Shown: one piece after another, positions 45,838-52,940 of the stretch
Layout: every line of letters starts with the position of its first letter
How positions within the stretch are numbered: position 1 is the first letter of the stretch
DNA from: a virus
Lineage: Duplodnaviria; Caudoviricetes
IMG/VR virus record: IMGVR_UViG_3300045999_002215
Coordinates: 1-58,591 of that record
DNA length: 58,591 nucleotides
Reading direction: 5' to 3' (one strand)
Position numbers and translations under genes: made by a program
Notes under the pieces: model-generated
Told to the model about the DNA's origin: nothing
The model's database searches: none
The model's input: the letters and a program-made list of their open reading frames with translations, nothing else

Positions 45838-45870
45838 CCACTTCAATAACTCGATAACTGGAGAACTCCG

Positions 45871-46770
45871 ATGACTGCATCCACAACCATCAACGACATC
45901 TTCGGCGACCTGCCCGATGACGAGCCGCCGATGCGCTTCAAACTGTCGCGCACTGCTGACGGCGCTACCACCATGCGCCGCGTGTACCGTGAGACCTGCT
46001 CTAAGTGTGGCGGGGACGGCATGTGGCATGGGCACGGTGACTGCACCGGCGACGGACGCTGCACCATGTGTGATGGCGTCGGCTACAAGGTGTTCAAGAC
46101 CTCTCCCGAATCCCGCGCAAAGTCTCGCGACGCTGCCGCTGCAAAGCGCAACGCCAAAGAAACTGAGGTCCGCGCAGCTTACGAGGCTTGGCTGGCCGCT
46201 AACCCGGCAGAAGCCGAGTGGCTGCGTGAAGCCGCTGGTCGTGGTCTTGAGTTCGCCGCGTCTCTCCTCGAGAGCCTGCGCACCTACGGCAGCTTTACCG
46301 AGCGTCAGGAAGTCGCTGTGCGCAATGCTACCGAGCGGTCTCAGGCTCGCAAGGCTGAATGGGCTGCTGAAAAGGCCGCGCGTGAGTCCGCAGCTCCCGC
46401 CGTAGATGCCGCTCGTCTTGAGCAGTCGTTTCTCAAGGCCAAGGCCAACGGCCTGAAATGGCCGCGCATCACCCTGGGCGACATGGTTATCAAGCCCGCC
46501 GGTGACACCAGCAAGAACCCTGGCGCGCTCTACGTCACTGAGTCCGGCCAGTACTTGGGTAAGGTCATGGGTGGTCGGTTCTTCAAGGTCCGCGAATGCG
46601 ACTCCGCGCAGGAAGGCATTGTGGTAAACCTCATCAACGACCCCGTGGGTGCGGCTGAGGCTTACGGTCACCTGACCGGCCACTGCTGCATCTGCAATCG
46701 CGAACTGACCAACCCCGAGTCTGTGGATCGCGGCATCGGACCCATCTGCGCCGACAAGTTCGGCTGGTAA
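45871..46770 (+). CDS. Zn-finger protein with C-terminal DUF6011-like domain
   Basis: CxxCxGxG repeats; 'CCICNRELTNPESVDRGIGPIC'. Confidence 0.75.
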   Translation: MTASTTINDIFGDLPDDEPPMRFKLSRTADGATTMRRVYRETCSKCGGDGMWHGHGDCTGDGRCTMCDGVGYKVFKTSPESRAKSRDAAAAKRNAKETEVRAAYEAWLAANPAEAEWLREAAGRGLEFAASLLESLRTYGSFTERQEVAVRNATERSQARKAEWAAEKAARESAAPAVDAARLEQSFLKAKANGLKWPRITLGDMVIKPAGDTSKNPGALYVTESGQYLGKVMGGRFFKVRECDSAQEGIVVNLINDPVGAAEAYGHLTGHCCICNRELTNPESVDRGIGPICADKFGW

Positions 46771-46784
46771 CAGGAGAACCAAAA

Positions 46785-46889
46785 ATGAAATACCGCATTC
46801 GTGACATCCTCGCTGACCTGATTGCCTGCATCGCAATCTTCGCCATCGGCTACGGGTTGTTCTTCATCGGCCACGGTCTCGGCTGGTGA
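46785..46889 (+). CDS. 34-aa membrane peptide
   Basis: CAGGAGA RBS; MKYRIRDILADLIACIAIFAIGYGLFFIGHGLGW. Confidence 0.55.
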   Translation: MKYRIRDILADLIACIAIFAIGYGLFFIGHGLGW

Positions 46890-46919
46890 CCTCAGAAACT
46901 TATCGCTTGGAGAATACCA

Positions 46920-47315
46920 ATGAAGAGGCTAAACTTCTCAGCCATGACGACCCCGCAGTTGGTGTCGTTCTACAATGAACACAGCCCTAAGCCGGTGACT
47001 CGGTTTAGCGACCGCAAGACTGCCGAACGGAGGTGCGCGGAGTTGTTTTGCAGTATGAAGCCCGCAGACGTTCTTAGTCGCCCCAACATGCAGACCTCGC
47101 TCAAACTCGACCGCACCATTACCTGCGTCGAGACCGGCGAGACCTGGAAGAACGCTCACCAGATGTGGGTCGCCCACCCTGACTGGATGAACAGCGGCCA
47201 ACAAGACCGCATGACCTCTCAACTATACGCTGCGGCCAAGGCTTGCGTTCAGCGCCGGGTCGCTGTCAACGGTCGCACATTCATGCTCGTCAACGTGCCG
47301 GAGAAAACTCAATGA
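46920..47315 (+). CDS. Hypothetical DNA-binding-like protein
   Basis: GGAGA RBS; 'RFSDRKTAERR' and 'ITCVETGETW' segments. Confidence 0.6.
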   Translation: MKRLNFSAMTTPQLVSFYNEHSPKPVTRFSDRKTAERRCAELFCSMKPADVLSRPNMQTSLKLDRTITCVETGETWKNAHQMWVAHPDWMNSGQQDRMTSQLYAAAKACVQRRVAVNGRTFMLVNVPEKTQ

Positions 47316-47548
47316 CCTCTGGCGAACCCATAAATGAAGACCCGGAACTGCTTGAGGTGATCTGGTTCACCAACAGCCGAGGTTCTGTAGGTATTGCGGC
47401 TGTCAAGACCGCGTATAGCGGTGTCAAGTTCTACGTAAGCCCGGTTGACGGCTTTAACGAGGCCGTGGACTCCAACCTCATCATGAACCTGGGCGCTCGG
47501 TTTCCTGACGCTGCAGGGCACGCTCTTTTCAACGGAAGGTACGCATGA
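47312..47548 (+). CDS. Hypothetical protein
   Basis: ATGA-coupled on both sides. Confidence 0.55.
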   Translation: MTSGEPINEDPELLEVIWFTNSRGSVGIAAVKTAYSGVKFYVSPVDGFNEAVDSNLIMNLGARFPDAAGHALFNGRYA

Positions 47549-48504
47549 CCAACACCATATTCCCCGTTCACTCGCTTGACCGTAACGTCATTGAGTGGGA
47601 AAGCTACCTGGGCGCAATGACGCCATGGGAGAACCGCAGTGGTCTCTGGTTCAAACGCGACGACTACTTCGCGCCGCTCGGCTACGGTGGTCCTAACGGC
47701 TCCAAGATGCGCCAACTCATCTGGTACGTAAACAAGTTTCGCGCAGGCAAGTCTCACATCGTCACCGGGGCGAGCATCCAGTCTCCGCAACTGAGCATGA
47801 GCGCGATCGTCGGGCAGCACTACGGTTTGCCGGCTCGGCAGGTCGTGTACAGCAAACCCGACACCGTCCTGCGTCATGAGAACCCGCGCATCGCCTACGG
47901 CTTCGGCGCAGAGTTTGAATACGCCAATGGCCCCTATAACCCGATCATCCAGCGCCGCGTGGCCGACCTCACCCAAGACAAGTCTCTCGTGGTTGAGTAC
48001 GGCATCACGGTTCCGCATGACAGGTACGACCCCGAAGCTGTACGCAAGTTCCACGAGGTCGGCGCGAACCAGCTGAGCAACATCCCCGATGACGTGCGTC
48101 GGCTCATCATGCCTGCGGGTTCATGCAACTCCCTGACCAGCGTCATGCTCGGTCTGCTGCGCGACCCGAAGAACGTAGAAGAGCTGTTCACTGTCGGCAT
48201 CGGGCCGGACAAGCTGCCCTGGGTGCGTGCTCGCCTGCAGTACATCGGCCTGGACGTAGACCATCTGCCGTTCAAATGGCGGCATTACAGCCTGCACGAC
48301 AGCGGGTTCAGCAAGTACTCCGACCACTTCAAAGGCGAGCAGTATGACGGCATCAACTTCCACCCGACTTACGAGGCGAAGATGTGGCGCTGGCTCACCC
48401 AGAACGATCAGCTCGACTACGACGACAGCACTGCGTTCTGGGTTGTGGGCTCAGCGCCCAACCCCAAGGTGATTGAACCGTTCTACACGAGGAGAGCAGC
48501 ATGA
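47545..48504 (+). CDS. PLP-dependent enzyme (fold type II), probable DNA-base decarboxylase
   Basis: 'LWFKRDD...NGSKMRQ' (Schiff-base Lys), 'PAGSCNS' loop, 'HPTYEAK'. Confidence 0.8.
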   Translation: MTNTIFPVHSLDRNVIEWESYLGAMTPWENRSGLWFKRDDYFAPLGYGGPNGSKMRQLIWYVNKFRAGKSHIVTGASIQSPQLSMSAIVGQHYGLPARQVVYSKPDTVLRHENPRIAYGFGAEFEYANGPYNPIIQRRVADLTQDKSLVVEYGITVPHDRYDPEAVRKFHEVGANQLSNIPDDVRRLIMPAGSCNSLTSVMLGLLRDPKNVEELFTVGIGPDKLPWVRARLQYIGLDVDHLPFKWRHYSLHDSGFSKYSDHFKGEQYDGINFHPTYEAKMWRWLTQNDQLDYDDSTAFWVVGSAPNPKVIEPFYTRRAA

Positions 48505-48683
48505 CACCTACCAAGACCTGCCCCGAGTGCGGCGGAACCGGAACTCAGACTTACGAGAGGGTTATCCGCGCCTCTTTCTCTAACCCGCAAGGTTACATCG
48601 AGGAGTATGAAGACGACTGCGATAACTGCGGCGGTGTGGGCATTGTTGATGACGATGACTTCGATGATGAGGAGGATGAATAA
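48501..48683 (+). CDS. Small DnaJ-type Zn-finger protein
   Basis: 'CPECGGTG' and 'CDNCGGVG', acidic tail. Confidence 0.65.
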   Translation: MTPTKTCPECGGTGTQTYERVIRASFSNPQGYIEEYEDDCDNCGGVGIVDDDDFDDEEDE

Positions 48684-48880
48684 TGGCCGTCAGACTTGGA
48701 GCAATGGACACGCACATCGTGCTGACGGCGCTGTGGGATTATCGTGAGACGCTGACCAACATTCCTGGAGATCAGCCGAGCCCGCACATTCAGGTCAGGG
48801 ACAAAATTGAGCGCGTGGACCGCCTCATCAAGCACTACAGGAAATCATACTTCGCTCTGGACAGATTGGGGATCATGTGA
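48683..48880 (+). CDS. Hypothetical protein
   Basis: TAATG coupling, GAGGA RBS. Confidence 0.6.
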   Translation: MAVRLGAMDTHIVLTALWDYRETLTNIPGDQPSPHIQVRDKIERVDRLIKHYRKSYFALDRLGIM

Positions 48881-49053
48881 TGACTGACCGCACCCTGACT
48901 CCCGAGGTCTACGGCGACTTTGGCCTGTTCATGGAACAGATGGGCCTGCGCCCTAAACAACCTGAAAACACCAACCCGCCCCCACAACTCAAAGAGCATC
49001 CCAAAGCGGAAACGAGCGACTGGTACAAACAAGGCAAGGAGTGCCCGTTTTGA
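48880..49053 (+). CDS. Hypothetical protein (57 aa)
   Basis: TGATG coupling; not in the ORF track. Confidence 0.5.
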   Translation: MTDRTLTPEVYGDFGLFMEQMGLRPKQPENTNPPPQLKEHPKAETSDWYKQGKECPF

Positions 49054-49325
49054 CTAAGAACATCTCACCAAACATGACGCCAAATAAGCTCGACGAGATC
49101 ATGGCTGCGCTGCCGGATAACATGGACGAGGGGGAGCTTTGCGCTCTTACCTTGACCATCCACGCGGCCTATGCAGAAAACCCGACAGACATCATAACCA
49201 ACCTGATTGCTACTATATACTCTTACGGCATGTCTATAGGTATCAGCCATGATTCGATCTCGGAGGGGCTGCGACACACGGCGGACGCGCAAGACGAGAG
49301 TTATCGTAATAATGTGCGGCACTGA
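49050..49325 (+). CDS. Hypothetical protein
   Basis: AAGGAG before TTG 49050 (alternative ATG at 49074). Confidence 0.55.
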   Translation: MTKNISPNMTPNKLDEIMAALPDNMDEGELCALTLTIHAAYAENPTDIITNLIATIYSYGMSIGISHDSISEGLRHTADAQDESYRNNVRH

Positions 49326-49334
49326 GAGGAAAAC

Positions 49335-49517
49335 ATGACAACCTACATGACGATCCTCTGGATCACAATACACAGCGGCCCGATGGCGGGCGAGACGTTT
49401 GGCATACCTTATGCTTTAAACGAGACCTGTCAAGCCGCCATGAAACCCGTGGGCGACACGTTAGACTACGACTACTCTATGAACTGTGAGAAGCTGCCTT
49501 TGGAGGTGACGGAATGA
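49335..49517 (+). CDS. Hypothetical protein
   Basis: GAGAGGA RBS. Confidence 0.55.
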   Translation: MTTYMTILWITIHSGPMAGETFGIPYALNETCQAAMKPVGDTLDYDYSMNCEKLPLEVTE

Positions 49518-49714
49518 CCAGCGATTACAACGTATACAGCGGCAAGTTTTATGACAGCAGCGACATCGTGCTGAGCACGGGTCCGACACCACAGGCCGCG
49601 TGGTCCTTTGACCCAAACTTCTACGTCCGCTTCGAGGTGGGCCACAAGAAGCCGCACCTCGTCGCCCGCACCTTGCAGCGTTGGCTCTTGGGCATCTACT
49701 GGAGGGACGCATGA
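49514..49714 (+). CDS. Hypothetical protein
   Basis: GGAGGT RBS, ATGA coupling. Confidence 0.55.
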   Translation: MTSDYNVYSGKFYDSSDIVLSTGPTPQAAWSFDPNFYVRFEVGHKKPHLVARTLQRWLLGIYWRDA

Positions 49715-50157
49715 TGACTGACGCACCAGAACGGATTTGGATTGCTCCTTGGCGGGAAGGCGATTGGAGCGAGGGCGATTGGGACGACAACGAGGGCAAG
49801 ACGCTGAACGATAAGCCTTGCATCGAATACGTCCGCGCCGACCGCATCGAAGCCCTGACCGAGCAGCTTGCCGCCGCACGTCAGGACGCCAAGTTTGCGG
49901 AGGATGAGTTGGAAATGCAGGAGCAAGAAGCCTGCATGATGGAGAACGACTACATCAAGCTTGAGAAGGAGCGGGATGCCCTTGAAGCCAAGCTGGCGAA
50001 GGCGGAAGCTGGGCTGCTCGCCATTGCTAAGCGCGATGAGCAAATGATCTGGGGCGAAGACTATGAGGTGGAAGAAGCATTCAAAGATATGCGCGACATC
50101 GCCCTCGCCACCCTCGCAGAGATCAAAAAGGAGACACCCCATGATCCTACAACTTAA
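49711..50157 (+). CDS. Coiled-coil hypothetical protein
   Basis: 'APERIW...IEYVRAD' start; GGAGG RBS. Confidence 0.6.
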   Translation: MMTDAPERIWIAPWREGDWSEGDWDDNEGKTLNDKPCIEYVRADRIEALTEQLAAARQDAKFAEDELEMQEQEACMMENDYIKLEKERDALEAKLAKAEAGLLAIAKRDEQMIWGEDYEVEEAFKDMRDIALATLAEIKKETPHDPTT

Positions 50158-50353
50158 CCCCCCGATCCCGCTGGACACGCCCAAGGGTCCAGCTCTGGCG
50201 CACCTCGTCATCGACTATGGGCCGGAGCACAACCTCTTCTGGGTCTGCTTTGGCGACCGCGACGGCGAGTGCTGGACGTGGGACAACTCCAAGGTCCGAG
50301 GCCAGAAGAACATCACCCACGGCAGGCTGGTAAAGGATGTGCCACATGAATGA
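50141..50353 (+). CDS. Hypothetical protein
   Basis: AAGGAG RBS; 'LQLNPPIPLDTPKG...IDYG.EH'. Confidence 0.6.
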   Translation: MILQLNPPIPLDTPKGPALAHLVIDYGPEHNLFWVCFGDRDGECWTWDNSKVRGQKNITHGRLVKDVPHE

Positions 50354-50546
50354 CGAGCTGAACGAGCTGTACAAAGAGCGGGCGGAGTACGCAGACATGG
50401 AAAGCTCCTGCCAAGACGCCAAGAAGTACACGCGGCACGGTGGTCTGTGGTGGCGGCTGTTCGATTTGCTTGAGCGGTTCGCCGTGGCGAGCAGGCAACA
50501 AGTCAACGAGGACATCGCAGAAGTCAAAGGAGAGAGACATGAATGA
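50337..50546 (+). CDS. Hypothetical protein
   Basis: Part of the overlap-coupled early array. Confidence 0.5.
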   Translation: MCHMNDELNELYKERAEYADMESSCQDAKKYTRHGGLWWRLFDLLERFAVASRQQVNEDIAEVKGERHE

Positions 50547-50712
50547 CATTCGCATCTTCAAGGGCGATGGCAAGCGGGCCGAGGACGTGACCGGGGAGCT
50601 GGGTGATCGGATCAAGGCTCTGGTCTATGAGTATAGTGGGCGAATGCCCCTCGCTGCTGCCGTTGGTGTTCTGCATCTCGTAGCTTACGAAATAATAACG
50701 GACAGCGACTGA
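50539..50712 (+). CDS. Hypothetical protein
   Basis: AAGGAG RBS. Confidence 0.5.
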   Translation: MNDIRIFKGDGKRAEDVTGELGDRIKALVYEYSGRMPLAAAVGVLHLVAYEIITDSD

Positions 50713-50903
50713 TGAAGCCCTGCCCAACTTGCGGTAAACCGCCTTACGTCGAGGTTCACGCGCCGGAATGGTATGAGTTCACCGGCTCATGCCGGATACA
50801 CTGCTGCGGCCACTACGTATGCGCCGACGACATGCGGGACGCCCTGCGCGCGTGGTCCGAGCAGCCCCAACCGCGCTACATAGGGGAGATAACATCGCTA
50901 TGA
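50712..50903 (+). CDS. Small Cys-rich (Lar-like Zn ribbon) protein
   Basis: 'MKPCPTCG', 'CRIHCC', 'A..AW'. Confidence 0.5.
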   Translation: MKPCPTCGKPPYVEVHAPEWYEFTGSCRIHCCGHYVCADDMRDALRAWSEQPQPRYIGEITSL

Positions 50904-51085
50904 CCCGCCCCGCCAGCGACAGCCCCGGTGCCCGCGCTCTACGCGCTGCGGGTTACGTTAAACTACCCGGCTGGTGGGTTACCGAGGAACAGTTCGAGCT
51001 TATCAAATACATGGCAGAAAAGAACCTGCCAGAAGTCAACACTATCAAGGAGAGAGCCTATGATTGGCCGCAGAAGAATTACTAA
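50900..51085 (+). CDS. Hypothetical protein
   Basis: GGAG RBS, ATGA coupling. Confidence 0.5.
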   Translation: MTRPASDSPGARALRAAGYVKLPGWWVTEEQFELIKYMAEKNLPEVNTIKERAYDWPQKNY

Positions 51086-51326
51086 AGACATGCTCGAGGC
51101 AGCAGAACGTAAAGGCTGGAACAGCGCCCAAACCGCGCGGCACTACCAAACCCACAGCGCAGTCATCGACGACGCCTGCGAACGCTTTAGTGTTGTGCTA
51201 CCCGAACACGGCGCAGCACCCGCCCCACCTAAGAAGAAACCCAGCGCCGCGTGGTCTGCGGGTCCCGAGGCCATCAAACGTGCTCTTGAGAAAATGCAAC
51301 CCGCGTCCGGTGGGGCGAAAAGGTAA
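51060..51326 (+). CDS. HTH-like hypothetical protein
   Basis: AAGGAG RBS; 'WNSAQTARHY' segment. Confidence 0.5.
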   Translation: MIGRRRITKDMLEAAERKGWNSAQTARHYQTHSAVIDDACERFSVVLPEHGAAPAPPKKKPSAAWSAGPEAIKRALEKMQPASGGAKR

Positions 51327-51850
51327 TTTCAGGTACACCCTTGTAGCTTTTTGATGCTTGCGTTCGGAGTGAACGTTCGGGACTTACGTTCGAACGTTTA
51401 CCCGAACGTAAGCCCGTCGCTTTTCAACCGGCTTGCTGCGGGTGCCTGTGTTTTTGCGAGCCTCAACCGCGTCCGCAATGCACTTTGGGAGAGTGCGAGA
51501 AGGTAATTTCGGGTATACCCTTGTAGCTTTTCGTGGTTAACGTTCGGAGTTAACGTTCGGAGTGATCGTTCGAACGTTTACCCGAACGTTTACTCCGAAC
51601 GTTTACCCAGCCCGACCAATGCCGAATCGCTCGATCGTCGGAGGAGAGGGACATTCGTCCTCTCTCCGGAGCCGATCAGCAGGTTCACCGAACGTACGTA
51701 AGTGCTTGTTTCTGCTGCGTTGTTTGGAGCTTGTGTTGGTTGCACTTGATGTGTTTCTGGCTTGGATACGTAAGTGCATGTTTTTGTTGGCTTAGTCTTT
51801 GGTCGTTCAGAGTTAACGTTCAGTGGCTCCTCTCGAAGAGAGCGAACGTT
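51315..51850. repeat. Non-coding repeat region, candidate replication origin or pac region
   Basis: Two ~95-bp units 180 bp apart (51315-51409, 51495-51589), about nine AACGTT palindromes, T-rich flank. Confidence 0.7.
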
Positions 51851-51956
51851 CAAATCGACGATTAAAATTTGGGCTTTTCAAAACAGAGAAAATGCTGTAT
51901 AGTGCGGGTTGTGTGAGGTTTGGGCAAACCGGAGCGAACGAGAGAAAGGTTCCAAC

Positions 51957-52310
51957 ATGGAGATATTCAAAGAGGTGTTCCCTCAAGACAGCGACGTGGT
52001 CGTGCGTAAGACGCCCCAAGGGTTGCTGGTGTCTGTGAGGACGCCGAGGCCTCATCCGGTTTGGGCACCTCGTACGCCGTTCAAAGTGGCCGAGGCTGAG
52101 CTTAAAGATTGGCTGCTCGGAGCGGTGCGCTCAGACCCCGGTCGCGGTGCCTCGCATTACGCACGAGTGCCAAAGACTCACGGTGGGCCGGGAGCCTCTC
52201 AAGAGCGTAAAGAGAAGATGCTCAAACAGCTCCAGATCGAGGGGCTCTTGGTCTGCCGTGAAGAGCCAAAGCGCGTGGGTCGTAAACTGGGAGGCCTTTA
52301 CCCAGCATGA
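51957..52310 (+). CDS. Stand-alone paralogue of the primase-helicase C-terminal domain
   Basis: GAAAGG RBS; ungapped similarity to the C-terminus of 41089-43221. Confidence 0.75.
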   Translation: MEIFKEVFPQDSDVVVRKTPQGLLVSVRTPRPHPVWAPRTPFKVAEAELKDWLLGAVRSDPGRGASHYARVPKTHGGPGASQERKEKMLKQLQIEGLLVCREEPKRVGRKLGGLYPA

Positions 52311-52316
52311 CGGGGC

Positions 52317-52345
52317 TTGGCTTTTTGCGGCGGAGGAGCTATAAT
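52317..52345 (+). promoter_or_regulatory. Promoter TTGGCT-N17-TATAAT for terS
   Basis: Consensus -10, ending 7 nt before ATG 52353. Confidence 0.7.
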
Positions 52346-52352
52346 GGGCGGT

Positions 52353-52940
52353 ATGGCCACACAACCCAAACCCCAAGCCAAGACCGGAGCGCCGCGCAAG
52401 TACGACCGCGAGGTGGTGGGGCAGTACGTCTGCTCGCAACTCAAAGCTGGGCGCTCTCTCGACTCCATCTGTAAAGACGAAGGCATGCCGAGCATCTCCT
52501 CGTTCCTTACCTGGGTCGAGGAAGACAGCCCCGAGGGGCTTGCTGAGCACTACGCGCAGGCGCGCAAAATCGGCTACTCCCTGCTCGCCGACGAGATTAT
52601 CGCTCTGTCCGACAAGACGCACGAGTGGGTGACCATTCAGGAGCTCGACGGGGACGGGAAGCCGCTCTTCGACGCCAAAGGCGTACCCCGCCTAAAGCAG
52701 GTGCTACTCCCGCTCAACAGTGACGTCGTTGCGCATAAGCGCGTTCAAATTGACACGCGTAAGTGGATGCTCAGCAAGATGCTGCCGAAGGTATACGGCG
52801 ACAAAGTGACGCAGGAGCACACCGGCGCAGACGGCGGACCCATCGCGGTCGCAGCCGTAGACCTGAAGAACCTCAGCGACGAAGAACTGGAGGCAATGAA
52901 CCGCCTCATGCTCAAGGCGCGAGGTGCTGCTGGTAAATGA
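52353..52940 (+). CDS. terS: Terminase small subunit (Sf6-like)
   Basis: 'GRSLDSICKDEGMPS', 'YAQAR', 'LADEII', 'IDTRKW.LSK..PK.YGDK'. Confidence 0.88.
   Translation: MATQPKPQAKTGAPRKYDREVVGQYVCSQLKAGRSLDSICKDEGMPSISSFLTWVEEDSPEGLAEHYAQARKIGYSLLADEIIALSDKTHEWVTIQELDGDGKPLFDAKGVPRLKQVLLPLNSDVVAHKRVQIDTRKWMLSKMLPKVYGDKVTQEHTGADGGPIAVAAVDLKNLSDEELEAMNRLMLKARGAAGK

Noticed and set aside
51315-51610. Possible mini CRISPR array
   Set aside because: The repeats are degenerate, nested and not separated by unique spacers of constant length. There is no cas operon, and the Cas4-like gene sits in a recombination module.
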